Source: Bdellovibrio sp.
GTDB taxonomy: Bacteria; Bdellovibrionota; Bdellovibrionia; Bdellovibrionales; Bdellovibrionaceae
Reading direction: 5' to 3'
Assembly: GCA_036677065.1 (NCBI GenBank)
Contig: JAKFBS010000002.1
Location: 576,001-640,000, forward strand
Length of the DNA: 64,000 bases
Shown here one piece after another: positions 1-9,931 of this stretch. How positions within the stretch are numbered: position 1 is the first letter of the stretch; each line of letters opens with the position of its first letter. Under the pieces are notes generated by a model. That model did not search any database, was not told where the DNA came from, and worked only from the letters and a program-made list of their open reading frames with translations. A program made the translations under genes and the position numbers.

Positions 1-1446
1 CGTGAAGATAAGTCTGTAGAGCAAATAATCGAGGCTCTTAAATCGGTTGATGCACAGGCACAAATCGAAAACTTTCCGAATATGGAAGCTTTTGAAGCGC
101 ACGCCAATGCCCTAAGCCCTGAAGCTGTTGCGCCGTTTTGGGTGTTTGATCTGATGATTCTAGATTACAGTCTTCACACTCCTGCCACTTGGCCAGAAAA
201 AATCGCAAAACTTAAATCTCAAAATTCAAAAGAATTTTCATTTATTTTAACTAGTTATGAGAATAACCTAACGATCGCTAAAAACATTCGCCCACTTGAA
301 ATTTATAATTTCGTTTTTAAACCATTTGATTCTTTAATTTTAAAAGAAAGTTTAAATCTAGCTTTAAAAATTAAGAAAAAAGCAGCACCTTTAGAAATGA
401 AATCACAAAGTGCTACGGCCTTTATCGCGCTTTTAAAAGCAGTTGAATTACAAACTATTTCTGAACTTGGTTTTGTAACTTTGAGCGACTCACAAATTGA
501 AACCGGCAGCATTTCGAAATATTTTTCGACCATGTTTACCTATGGCAAAAAACAAAGTGTCTGGGCCCAGTGCCTAGTCAGCATCCCGCATCCGCAAAAG
601 CCGGGAAACTTTATTAACAAGTTTCAATTCTTTGGTGCCGAACAACCTTTATTAAGTGCAATTCGTAAGTACATCGCGGCTCACAAGGCTGATAGCGCAT
701 CAAGTGCACTATGGAATTTAAACCCGCCAAAATCTACGGTTCCGTTAAAGTTAGCGTTGATCGGACTAGACAACGATGAAAATAAAAATTTTCTTTCTGA
801 AATCCAAAACCGTTACAATAATGTAACTCCTGAGATCGTAAAACTTGACCCCTCTAAAAAATCTGCCGATAAAACAGTTTACGATCATGACTTTTGCATT
901 AACACCACAGATATTAAACATGAAAATTTTAAAGAGATGTTTAAAGCCGAATGTGTGCATTTTTGGTATGCGCCAAATATTCCTAAAGAAGATGATTTAA
1001 AAATTCATGCGACCGAATATCGCGATATCTTTTTACGCCCGTTAGATCGCTCTTATTTTTACAAAAAAATGAAAATTCATATAAATGCGCTAAGCGAAAA
1101 AGAACCAAGCCATTTATTAAACATCACTTCGCGCGAAGTGATGAAAGTAGCTAACAAGGTTAAAATTTCTGAAATTTCCGAACTGTATGTGAATCTTGTC
1201 TACAGTCGCGAATTACAATTTAAAGAATTTCGTGAATTTGTATTCTTAAGTGATGATGAGACGCAAACAGTAGAACTACCCGCATTTTGCCATTACACTG
1301 AAAAAGCGGCCAGCACCGGCGCTAAAGATGATCCTGCGGGTTTTTTACATCAATTTGTATTCTTCGGCATGACAGATCATTTGTTAAAACAAATCCGCCT
1401 ATGGTTATTACATAACTATATCGTTTCGAACCAGAAGAACGATTAA
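1..1446 (+). CDS. Hypothetical signalling protein with degenerate receiver-like and possibly PilZ-like segments (5' end outside window)
   Basis: Frame is open from base 1 to the ATG at 82. Receiver-like segments DLMILDYSL, SFILTSYE, NFVFKPFD and DIFLRPLDR; C-terminal ISEISE...FVFFG beta-rich segment. Confidence 0.5.
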   Translation, partial: REDKSVEQIIEALKSVDAQAQIENFPNMEAFEAHANALSPEAVAPFWVFDLMILDYSLHTPATWPEKIAKLKSQNSKEFSFILTSYENNLTIAKNIRPLEIYNFVFKPFDSLILKESLNLALKIKKKAAPLEMKSQSATAFIALLKAVELQTISELGFVTLSDSQIETGSISKYFSTMFTYGKKQSVWAQCLVSIPHPQKPGNFINKFQFFGAEQPLLSAIRKYIAAHKADSASSALWNLNPPKSTVPLKLALIGLDNDENKNFLSEIQNRYNNVTPEIVKLDPSKKSADKTVYDHDFCINTTDIKHENFKEMFKAECVHFWYAPNIPKEDDLKIHATEYRDIFLRPLDRSYFYKKMKIHINALSEKEPSHLLNITSREVMKVANKVKISEISELYVNLVYSRELQFKEFREFVFLSDDETQTVELPAFCHYTEKAASTGAKDDPAGFLHQFVFFGMTDHLLKQIRLWLLHNYIVSNQKND

Positions 1447-1455
1447 CAATTTACT

Positions 1456-2235
1456 TTAATTATGAACTTGTGACTGTACGCCGTATTTTTCTCCGGCGCC
1501 GATTGTGGTTTTTGGCAAGACTGCAGAATTTGGCAAAATCGTGGCTCTTTCTTCAATGGTCACACCGCCTAAAAGTTTTGCCCCCAGGCCTACCATTACA
1601 CCTTTTTTAAGATGTAGTTTATCTATGACTAAATAACCCTTCATTCCGTAATGGGCCATCATAAATGCCGATCCACCGATGGTTACGTAATCATCTAATT
1701 GAATCAGACATGGATCAGAAATATTTGACGTGTTAATGACGACGTTTTTACCGATCTTCATACCCATCATCTTAAAAAATAAAATATTTAATGGCGACGG
1801 CGTTAAAAATTCTAAAATCGTATAACGAACCAGATAAGTTAAAGCATTATGATAATACCAAGGAATTGATTCTAACGAATACCAAGCCCCGCGGTATGGG
1901 CGTACAAAAGGTAAAAGTGGCAAATTAAAAAGTGGCACGATAAAAATTAGCGACAAGATAAACGAAATAAAACCAGCTCCGGCACACATACCGTAACACA
2001 GTGATTTAACAAATAGCGAATAACCTTCAACCCAGATATTCACTTGTTGAAATAAGTAAATGGCCGGTGTGATCGAAAATCCTAAAATCATCACATACAA
2101 AACAACTAACGGTAGTAAAAACAAGATAAAGGCGACAGTTGAAAACTTACGGATCAAGTTCTCTAATAAGGCCATGGGGCCCTTTTTGATAGATCGTGAA
2201 GAATTTATATCGGTATCGGCCGCTTTATTGCTCAT
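1456..2235 (-). CDS. Membrane protein with hexapeptide-repeat (left-handed beta-helix) acyltransferase-like C-terminus; start at 2235 or 2175
   Basis: Hydrophobic N-terminal helices, then GMKIGKNVVINT...LDDYVTIGGSA...VMVGLGAKLLGGVTIEERATILPNS hexapeptide repeats. The ORF-track start at 2397 overlaps the next gene. Confidence 0.7.
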   Translation of the reverse strand: MSNKAADTDINSSRSIKKGPMALLENLIRKFSTVAFILFLLPLVVLYVMILGFSITPAIYLFQQVNIWVEGYSLFVKSLCYGMCAGAGFISFILSLIFIVPLFNLPLLPFVRPYRGAWYSLESIPWYYHNALTYLVRYTILEFLTPSPLNILFFKMMGMKIGKNVVINTSNISDPCLIQLDDYVTIGGSAFMMAHYGMKGYLVIDKLHLKKGVMVGLGAKLLGGVTIEERATILPNSAVLPKTTIGAGEKYGVQSQVHN

Positions 2236-2295
2236 ATGACAATGATCGGCCGATCCCTTGCATAAGTAAACACAAAAATGGTACTTTAGTTCCCT

Positions 2296-2865
2296 ATGAA
2301 AACAGGCCAAATTTTTGAATCTGAAGACACTCAAACAAATTCTAGTTGCACGACCGCTGGTTGCAGCCATTGTGGCAAAAAGAAATCTCCTTACCAATGC
2401 GGAGTCTGTAACGACACTCTATGCAAGTCGTGTGTTCAGTTTATGCCTGATGGCGCTTTTCAATACTTAACAAATCGCCCACCAGAAATTAGCCATAACT
2501 GGTATTGTAATGTCTGCTTTGATAACAACGTTGTTACATCTCTTGCGACTTACGAAGAAATCGTCGCTCGCGCCAAAGGTATTTCAGTTTTTGATATTTC
2601 TCAGGGTAAAGAAACACGTTTTGTGAAACGTTTAGAAAAACCTATCGTGATTGAATCTGGTCTAGATCAATATGATATCACGATGCGCTTAGCTTATATG
2701 GCCGCTGAAAAAAACTTTAACTCTCTTGTTGATGTGAATATCAAGGCGACTAAAGTACGTGATGGCTCTTACCAAACAACGACTTACACTGGCAGCGCGA
2801 TTCCGACAAATGTTGATGATCGTAAGCTTATGAAAGATCGTTCACTTTGGACAGACCCGAACTAA
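2296..2865 (+). CDS. Cys-rich zinc-finger protein with small C-terminal alpha/beta domain
   Basis: CSHC, CGVC, CKSC and CNVC motifs; C-terminus resembles YbjQ/heavy-metal-binding-like domain (LAYMAAEKNFNSLVDV...YTGSAI). Confidence 0.55.
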   Translation: MKTGQIFESEDTQTNSSCTTAGCSHCGKKKSPYQCGVCNDTLCKSCVQFMPDGAFQYLTNRPPEISHNWYCNVCFDNNVVTSLATYEEIVARAKGISVFDISQGKETRFVKRLEKPIVIESGLDQYDITMRLAYMAAEKNFNSLVDVNIKATKVRDGSYQTTTYTGSAIPTNVDDRKLMKDRSLWTDPN

Positions 2866-4019
2866 ATCTTAGATAAATCAATGTGCGCTTCTTGGTATAA
2901 CCCAAAACCAAAGCGCCAACGAGCTCCGCGATAATCCGTTTGAATCCCCGCCTTATTAAAATCATCATGCAGGTTTTTAGTGATCTCAGGATTACCTGTA
3001 TCAAAAGTTAAAAAGTGCCCGTGGTGATTCAAATCATGAGCTAAAAGATTTTTCTCATTTAACCATTGGCTATGTTTTGCATGCGAAAAACTTTTAATAT
3101 CGTTTAAAAAATTTTTCTGTAAATTTTGAACATGGCGGTGAATTTTTGCGACAGATAAATCTGCTTTGGCAAAAAGTGCTAGCGAAGCTTCAAGTCTGTA
3201 CAGTGCTGAAAAATCCATTGTGCTGCCCGCAAAGCGGTAGCCATCATCTGAATACACAACGCGCGACCCAACATGGGCTAAGCCAGAAAAGCCCGCAAAC
3301 CAGCCCGTATTAGAGGGTTTAAGCTGAGTGCCCTTAGGCACGGCCATAAAACAGCAGCCTTCGCCGCCTTGGGCGTATTTGTACGAACCAGCAATATAAA
3401 AAATTCGATCTTCGATACCCTGTAGATCGGTCGGTAGCGCCATAAAAGCATGATATCCATCAATAGCAATGACAGTCTCAGGATTTGTCACTGCGCCCAC
3501 AATAGAAACTAAATCTTTAATAGCTACACCTGAATTAAAAAATACCTGACTGATAAAAACTAAATCCCATTGCTCAGCTTTTAGAAGATCTTTAAAACGA
3601 GCTTCAAAAGTCGCAAAAGGATGAGTTGTAACTTTAACCACTTCAACAAATTCATCTTCGATCAGACGGTTAATTTGACGGTCAAAACTATAAAATTCTG
3701 AATCAGTGGTTAAGATACGAATTTTTTTGTTCGGCTTAAAACAGCTTAAAAGTCTTGTTACAAATTCATGGGTGTTGGGCGCAAAAACGATTTGTTCTGC
3801 GTATGATAAATTTAACACATCCGCAATCAGTCTTTGCACAGTTGGTATTTTAACGCCAAAAATATGCGCCCATTTATCATCAACAAATTTCGCCGAATCG
3901 TCCCAATAATCTAACATCGCCTGGCGAGTCACATCGGGCCAATAGTGGTGGCTGTGACTGGCGTAGTGCTGCACACCCTTATTTGCTTCTAAAAAAAGTT
4001 GATAATACTTTTTATACAT
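2862..4019 (-). CDS. PLP-dependent class V aminotransferase, kynureninase-like
   Basis: IDGYHA and GSYKYAQGGEG PLP-lysine motifs, GWF, terminal RFGFGLY; overlaps the end of kynA. Confidence 0.75.
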   Translation of the reverse strand: MYKKYYQLFLEANKGVQHYASHSHHYWPDVTRQAMLDYWDDSAKFVDDKWAHIFGVKIPTVQRLIADVLNLSYAEQIVFAPNTHEFVTRLLSCFKPNKKIRILTTDSEFYSFDRQINRLIEDEFVEVVKVTTHPFATFEARFKDLLKAEQWDLVFISQVFFNSGVAIKDLVSIVGAVTNPETVIAIDGYHAFMALPTDLQGIEDRIFYIAGSYKYAQGGEGCCFMAVPKGTQLKPSNTGWFAGFSGLAHVGSRVVYSDDGYRFAGSTMDFSALYRLEASLALFAKADLSVAKIHRHVQNLQKNFLNDIKSFSHAKHSQWLNEKNLLAHDLNHHGHFLTFDTGNPEITKNLHDDFNKAGIQTDYRGARWRFGFGLYQEAHIDLSKI

Positions 4020-5112
4020 TAAAGTTTAATTGCTTTTTAATTTCTGACGGGATTTTTGGTAAACGTGAACGCGGAATTAAATACGTCGATAAATTAAAAA
4101 GATCGACGAACACGCGGTTGTTGTCGGCAGCTTTTTTTAAGTACGTGTGACCTGATGATCCACCCGTTCCGATTTTAGAGCCCAACATACGCTGCGCTAA
4201 AAGCATATGACGGTAACGCCAAGTTGTGAAGTTTTCGTCGATATCCATTAAGATAGTCATCATTTGAAACGGCATTGATAACATAGGCTCGTCGCGATAA
4301 AGCATAATGAATAAGGCGTTTAACATCGCTTTTTGCGAAAGTTTACGTTGGCCTGCTTCAACAACTTTTTTGTGCGCTTCTTCATTAAATAAATTATCAA
4401 AAGATGCCTGCGTCGTTTTTAGATTTTCTAACTGACCTTGTTTATCTTTGTCAGAAAGACCGGCCGCGTTTGCTTCAATTGTCGCTTTATCTTCAGCTAA
4501 CATATTCGTAATCGTATTTTGGTATTCTGTCCAAAAATTGAAATTCTCTTTATTCGTAAATGGAGTACGCTCTAACCACTTCTCTAAAAGACGAAGCATT
4601 GAAGGCGCTGATTCCAAATTTGATAGACGTTTACGGTCGGCTTCATTTAAGCGGCCTAAGAAGAATTCACGATCAATACCTTCACGGTCTACGGTATTTA
4701 AGCCTAACTTAATTTCGATTTCACGAAACTGGGTGCTTTGAAAGCCAGAAGCCGGAGACAACAAACTACGAAATTCAAGAAAATCCATCGGTGTCATAGT
4801 TTCTAAGATTTCGAAGTTGTTTTGAAAACCTGCTTGAATTTTGCGGATACGATCTAAACGCTGATTGATGTAACTAAAGTCACCTTCTTCAACAGCTGGT
4901 TTTTTGAAAGTGGCAATAACAGCATCAAGATCATGAAGGATTTGTTTGAACCATAACTCATAGGCTTGGTGAACAACGATAAAAAGTGTTTCGTCATGCG
5001 CTTCAGGATCTTCTTTTGTAGCAAACTTTTTACTTAAGGGTTCCTGGCAAGACAGAAATTTTTCTAACATTAAATAATCGTTGTAGTACACCGGGCCTTG
5101 ATTCTTATGCAT
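4012..5112 (-). CDS. kynA: Tryptophan 2,3-dioxygenase
   Basis: HDETLFIVVHQAYELWFKQ, FLEFR..L.PASGFQS.QFR, WRYRH...QRMLGSKIGTGGSSG. Confidence 0.95.
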   Translation of the reverse strand: MHKNQGPVYYNDYLMLEKFLSCQEPLSKKFATKEDPEAHDETLFIVVHQAYELWFKQILHDLDAVIATFKKPAVEEGDFSYINQRLDRIRKIQAGFQNNFEILETMTPMDFLEFRSLLSPASGFQSTQFREIEIKLGLNTVDREGIDREFFLGRLNEADRKRLSNLESAPSMLRLLEKWLERTPFTNKENFNFWTEYQNTITNMLAEDKATIEANAAGLSDKDKQGQLENLKTTQASFDNLFNEEAHKKVVEAGQRKLSQKAMLNALFIMLYRDEPMLSMPFQMMTILMDIDENFTTWRYRHMLLAQRMLGSKIGTGGSSGHTYLKKAADNNRVFVDLFNLSTYLIPRSRLPKIPSEIKKQLNFNV

Positions 5113-5134
5113 AGGGTATCCTTTTTAAAAAATT

Positions 5135-6100
5135 CTAGGGTATTTCATTTAATAAGGCCATCTGAAACTTGGTGCGTCCTTTAAGCGCCGGGCTATAAAC
5201 TGCCTGTTTAAACAGATTCTCAAAGGCTAACTTGTAAGTTGCTGGCTTTTTATCAGCAATCACTGCGGCTAAATGCCCTGTGACAAACGCCGTGGCTTGC
5301 GAAGTGCCGCTTTGAAAACCGTAGCGATTTTTAGGAAGTGTTGAATAAATTAATTTTCCCGGTGCTGCGATATCGACAGTGTTTTTTCCGTAATTACTAA
5401 AACTTGTTAAACCACCGTCTTTTTGTAACGCCGCAACCGAGATCATATTATCTAACCTATAACTGGCGGGGTAATATCTGACGACATCCGTGTCTTCTTG
5501 CTCGTTCCCCGCCGCAACGACCATCATGATTCCAAGTTTTCTTGCATTTTGAATGGCTTGCAACTCATAGAATTCGGGCAGTGCCCCGCCGGCTGAATAA
5601 TTCACGATTTGCGCTTTCATTAACGTCGCATAGTGAATGGCTTTAATCGTGTTGATGATATTAATTTGATTGCTGACTTTCGGGCTATAATATTTAATGG
5701 CCATCATTTGCAACCCAGCTTTGCCATGCCTTTTTTGCGAATACTGAGTGTTAATGATTCCCGCGATATGAGTTCCGTGCCCCTCAAGATCCATAACCTG
5801 ATTATTATTATCGACGAAGTTCCATCCGTGGATGTCATCGGCATATCCGTTACCATCATCGTCAATTCCATTAGTTGATTTATTTTTACCGTATTTATCT
5901 GTCCCGGTTTCGCCGGCATTTATCCAGATCGATTTTTTTAAGTCTTTATGTTCAGTATCAATCCCCGTATCGATAACTGCGACCACAACATTTTCATTCA
6001 GTGCTTTTGCGCTGGTTGTGAGTAAACACACCATTAGAAAGCTTGTACTGATAAAAAGTGATTTTGATAAAGCTCCGCCCGTAATGAATTTTGCGTTCAT
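5135..6100 (-). CDS. Secreted S8 (subtilisin-like) serine peptidase
   Basis: VAVIDTGID, GHGTHIAG and SGTSQA catalytic triad; DDDGNGYADDIHGWNF insertion; signal peptide; RBS-like AAGGGG before ATG 6100. Confidence 0.92.
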   Translation of the reverse strand: MNAKFITGGALSKSLFISTSFLMVCLLTTSAKALNENVVVAVIDTGIDTEHKDLKKSIWINAGETGTDKYGKNKSTNGIDDDGNGYADDIHGWNFVDNNNQVMDLEGHGTHIAGIINTQYSQKRHGKAGLQMMAIKYYSPKVSNQINIINTIKAIHYATLMKAQIVNYSAGGALPEFYELQAIQNARKLGIMMVVAAGNEQEDTDVVRYYPASYRLDNMISVAALQKDGGLTSFSNYGKNTVDIAAPGKLIYSTLPKNRYGFQSGTSQATAFVTGHLAAVIADKKPATYKLAFENLFKQAVYSPALKGRTKFQMALLNEIP

Positions 6101-6167
6101 TAATTCCCCCTTGTACAATTTGTTTTGTTTGTTTTTTTTAGACAGTTACGTCTTAAGAATATAACAA

Positions 6168-6183
6168 AGCAATGCGGGGGCCA
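6168..6183 (-). promoter_or_regulatory. sigma54 (-24/-12) promoter of the S8 peptidase
   Basis: Minus strand TGGCCCCCGCATTGCT, exact GG-N10-GC spacing. Confidence 0.65.
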
Positions 6184-6291
6184 GCGCGGCTATAGCGTAT
6201 AAGAGAGCTTACAACTGTCTAAGGTGTAACCTGTATAGAAATCTTTAGACAGTGTTATGAAATGTACTGTTAGAAATGTAACACGTGCGCT

Positions 6292-7419
6292 TTAAGCTAC
6301 ACGTGCGGGTTTGACTGAATTCGACGGTGCAACTGTGTATTGATTGCGGCCTGAGTTTTTAGACTTATATAAAGCAGTATCTGAGCGTTTAACCCAGTCA
6401 GACGCGTTTTCACCTTGCAAGAGCTGGGCAATGCCCATAGACACGGTAAAGCGCACAACTGATTCGCCGTGCACGAACACTTCTGAACGAATGCGCTTTT
6501 GCACTTCTTCAGCGCGAATCAAGGCATGTTCGATCGCATGATTTGGCAGGATCACGACGAATTCTTCGCCACCGATACGAGACACCATTTCTGAGTCTTT
6601 ATGAAATACTGATTTTAAAATGCGAACACATTCTTTTAAGACGAAATCACCGATATCATGGCCATAGGCATCATTAATCTTTTTGAAGAAATCGATATCC
6701 ATGATGATAAGGCTTACTTGCATTGGATTCATGTTGTTTAGATGCACGTACTTTTTAACAGTGTCATCAAAGCTCTTGCGGTTGTGGGCTCCGGTTAGGT
6801 GATCTAGATTCAATGAAGTGTTGGCTTCTAACAGTTGTTTTTTGACCGTATCTAAATTCTTTTTCACCGACGTTAAACGTTTTTGGCGTGTTTCGTTTTT
6901 TGCGTTCTGATGCTCAACGTATAAATTAATAAATTGACGTGATTTTTTACGAAGTGTTTCAAGCGAGTTGGCTTCAACTGCTTCTTTTAAATCTTGCAGA
7001 TGCACGGCTAACTGATCATCTTTAGCTGAGTCATCATGAATGTCTTCAGACAACTGATCAGCTAAATCCCAAACAATGCGTTTAAAATCATCGAAGGTAT
7101 GCTGAATATAAGTTGATTCATCAACGCGGTAACTGGCAAAGAATAATCTGATTTCAGATAAAGTTTTTTCTACGTTTTTGGGATCGGCATCGACAAGACC
7201 TTTAGCCATCACGTCTAATTTTTCGCGCACTTTTCTGACCGAGTGTTTTTCCATATCGAAGAGATGTTTATTAAAAACATCCATGATGTAAAGTAATGTG
7301 GCTTTTTCTTCGGTGATCACCGGCATTTTTTTTGTCGGTGCTGAATCAACGCTAATCGAATCTGAATCTGCAAACGAGATATCTAACTGCTGCAATAATT
7401 TAACAACCCATTGTTTCAA
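6292..7419 (-). CDS. Soluble diguanylate cyclase (GGEEF) with helical N-terminal domain
   Basis: DHLTGAHNR, DIDFFKKINDAYGHDIGD, RIGGEEF. GGAGG lies 5 nt before TTG at 7419 (ORF-track start 7431). Confidence 0.9.
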   Translation of the reverse strand: MKQWVVKLLQQLDISFADSDSISVDSAPTKKMPVITEEKATLLYIMDVFNKHLFDMEKHSVRKVREKLDVMAKGLVDADPKNVEKTLSEIRLFFASYRVDESTYIQHTFDDFKRIVWDLADQLSEDIHDDSAKDDQLAVHLQDLKEAVEANSLETLRKKSRQFINLYVEHQNAKNETRQKRLTSVKKNLDTVKKQLLEANTSLNLDHLTGAHNRKSFDDTVKKYVHLNNMNPMQVSLIIMDIDFFKKINDAYGHDIGDFVLKECVRILKSVFHKDSEMVSRIGGEEFVVILPNHAIEHALIRAEEVQKRIRSEVFVHGESVVRFTVSMGIAQLLQGENASDWVKRSDTALYKSKNSGRNQYTVAPSNSVKPARVA

Positions 7420-7443
7420 TGAAGCCTCCAACTGACATATTTC

Positions 7444-7471
7444 TTTTCGGCTTTTTGATGAATAATTTTTA
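7444..7471 (-). promoter_or_regulatory. sigma28 (FliA)-like promoter of the diguanylate cyclase
   Basis: Minus strand TAAA-N16-GCCGAAAA. Confidence 0.5.
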
Positions 7472-7537
7472 TGTTTTTTTTAAGCTTACTTGTCCCAATG
7501 TGAAACAAGACTAGGCGTTGATGTTGCTTACTAGCAA

Positions 7538-8785
7538 CTAGTTAAACAATAGTCTGCAAGATCCAGCACCGCCGTGGATCTTGACAGGTTCGTCGTCACT
7601 GCTCAGGCGCGTCGTTGCTTCGTTAACCAGAGTTTCAAGCTTACGCTGGTTTTTAAAAAGGATATTTGTCGCACGATTTGTTTCCAGCCACTGAATAACC
7701 TTATTAGACTTAATTAACGCCAATAACCCTATAGCTCCGCTTGCAACAATTGCAACAATCGGAGAATACCCATACACACCAGGCTGAAGCACCATTCCCA
7801 TGCTGGCAAGCTGGCTCATCACAATATTTCTAACGTCAGATAATCTTTTTAAAGTATTTTTAGCCACCGGGTTTTTTTCAGCATCAGCAGCAGCTAATAG
7901 CTCACCCCAGGCAAAACTTGCCAAGGTCGTAATCGCGGCAATTTTTAGTGATGTTGCCCAAAAAGGTGCACTCATCATGTTCGTCGCTAAGTCATGAAAA
8001 GACATAATCGAACCGCGCAAAACTTGAAAGCCCACACTGAAAGTTAGATTTGCTAAAAATTGTGAAGCTAAAACTTTACGAGCGTATGTTGCCGGCGTTT
8101 CTGTAACGTTAAAAACTCTGTTCGATAATTTATCCAATGTTTTCATAATGCGGTGGCGCAGAGGCACCGTCATCTTTGTCCACATATCGCGGTCTAACGC
8201 GAAAGCCGCGGCAAAAATCACATTCATCATCACCATCGCTGATTTTTGATAAACATCCATTGATCCAGAGTTGATCCAAATAAATGAATCAAAAGAAGTT
8301 GTAATGATCACAATCGATAGCCCAAGTTTATCATACTTCAGTGATTGCGAAACATTATGTTTATAATCTGCCCAGCCCGATGCTAATTTTTCTCGGCTCG
8401 AAGCTAATTTTCCGGTCGGCATGAAACGAAACATGCGGTCAGAACTTTTTTCAGTTTTCTGAATAGTCTCGGCGACAGCTTCATAAATTTCTGGCGTGTC
8501 TGTAGATAAAAGAATGTCAGCATTACGTGTTTCTTCACGCTGAAGTATCTCACTGATTTGCGAGGGATGTTCGATCGGAACTTCGGTATAGGAAAACTGA
8601 GATTTACCTTGCGGACCGTTGATATCCATCACCAGAGTTGCGGCATCTTTTGCTTTTGAATCCAGGTCTTCAGCGGCAGCTACGGCGCGATGGTGGTGTG
8701 GCAAATCCTGCGGTGTCGCTAATAGCGATACCACTTGGAAATAGACTAATATAAATGCCAAGACCGACTTTTTAAAACTCATCAA
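7538..8785 (-). CDS. Hypothetical exported/membrane protein
   Basis: Signal peptide, several hydrophobic segments, C-terminal SCRLLFN. Confidence 0.6.
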   Translation of the reverse strand: MMSFKKSVLAFILVYFQVVSLLATPQDLPHHHRAVAAAEDLDSKAKDAATLVMDINGPQGKSQFSYTEVPIEHPSQISEILQREETRNADILLSTDTPEIYEAVAETIQKTEKSSDRMFRFMPTGKLASSREKLASGWADYKHNVSQSLKYDKLGLSIVIITTSFDSFIWINSGSMDVYQKSAMVMMNVIFAAAFALDRDMWTKMTVPLRHRIMKTLDKLSNRVFNVTETPATYARKVLASQFLANLTFSVGFQVLRGSIMSFHDLATNMMSAPFWATSLKIAAITTLASFAWGELLAAADAEKNPVAKNTLKRLSDVRNIVMSQLASMGMVLQPGVYGYSPIVAIVASGAIGLLALIKSNKVIQWLETNRATNILFKNQRKLETLVNEATTRLSSDDEPVKIHGGAGSCRLLFN

Positions 8786-9013
8786 CGTTCCTTCGTTTTT
8801 CCAGTTTTTTGAAAGTGCACGGCTTGGACCGCTTTTTAACAGCCCTAAACCAATCTATTGCTTTTAATCGTGAGTTTTTCGTTAATGGCCGCAAATTAGC
8901 CGACGCCGTCTAATTATAAGACACTGGCGTAAAATAAAATTTATAAGTGCAAAATTGCCACTGGCCCTTTTTAGCAAGCCTTGGTAAAACCCAGCTCCAT
9001 CGGGGAGTTTTTT

Positions 9014-9328
9014 ATGAAACAAATCTTAGTTATCTTATCGACGTTATTATTATCATCTTTTGCGTTCTCGGCTGAAGAGCCACCTATCCAAGTGGTTTGC
9101 GTAGCTGAAGCTGTTAAAGCTGCAGAAGCGCTATTTACATTAAACAACAAAACAACTGAATTCACTTCGACAGTTGAACTTGTTGATATTGCTCATGTTC
9201 AAGAAGGTGGTTACGAAGTCTATGACGTGATCTTTACTTCTAAAGGAGTGCAACACTCACCTTACCGCGTAACTACAAACATTGATGCTTGTCTGGTTAT
9301 TAATTTCGAAATGCCATTTGCTGGTTAG
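9014..9328 (+). CDS. Small secreted protein
   Basis: GGGGAG RBS, signal peptide ending AFSA, two Cys. Confidence 0.7.
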   Translation: MKQILVILSTLLLSSFAFSAEEPPIQVVCVAEAVKAAEALFTLNNKTTEFTSTVELVDIAHVQEGGYEVYDVIFTSKGVQHSPYRVTTNIDACLVINFEMPFAG

Positions 9329-9340
9329 TTTTATTTTTAG

Positions 9341-9372
9341 ATTAATAGCTCTAAATTTTTAGAGCTATTAAT
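9341..9372. terminator. Stem-loop, probable terminator
   Basis: Perfect 15-bp inverted repeat attaatagctctaaa/tttagagctattaat just after the stop at 9328. Confidence 0.6.
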
Positions 9373-9412
9373 TGTTCTCGACATCTCTTGCGCCCCACTT
9401 CAAAATATATCT

Positions 9413-9931
9413 ATGGCGCTTTCAACTTTAAAAGAATCGTTTAAATCTAAAAGTTTTCGTATCGGTATGAACTGGTACCCAATGTTTTTTGCAACGGGAG
9501 CTAAAGTTTTATTTTGGTCAGGCGACTGGAGCGAAGTTAAACTTCGCCTGACTTTAAATATCTGGACACGTAATTACGTAAAAACCATTTTCGGCGGTAG
9601 CATGTTTTCAGCGACTGATCCGTTTTATGTGATTATGTTTATGCACATGTTAGGTAAAGACTATGTCGTCTGGGATAAATCAGCTTCGATTAAATTTAAG
9701 CGACCAGCAAAAGATCCGCTATATGCCCTATTTAAAATTACTCCTGAAGTGCTAGAAAAAGTAAAAGCTGAAGTTAAAGCCGGCCATGAGACAACTTATA
9801 TCGCGCATATTCAATGGCTAGATAAAAAACAAAACGTGTACGCAGAACTGGAACGCACTATTTATATAGCCGATAAAAAATTCTATAAAGAAAAATTAGA
9901 AAAAAGAAAACTGGCTAAAGAGGGCTCTTAA
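9413..9931 (+). CDS. Hotdog-fold thioesterase-like protein (DUF4442 type)
   Basis: TRNYVKTIFGGSMFSATDPFY and VVWDKSASIKFKRP. Confidence 0.8.
   Translation: MALSTLKESFKSKSFRIGMNWYPMFFATGAKVLFWSGDWSEVKLRLTLNIWTRNYVKTIFGGSMFSATDPFYVIMFMHMLGKDYVVWDKSASIKFKRPAKDPLYALFKITPEVLEKVKAEVKAGHETTYIAHIQWLDKKQNVYAELERTIYIADKKFYKEKLEKRKLAKEGS

Noticed and set aside
6292..7419. Possible cGAMP-making (Hypr) GGDEF enzyme
   Set aside because: The specificity position reads GHDIGD (Asp), not Ser/Thr, so ordinary c-di-GMP synthesis is expected; the RxxD I-site also looks absent (KDSE).
8962..8976. sigma54-like TGGC...TAGCA upstream of 9014
   Set aside because: GG-GC spacing is 9, not 10.
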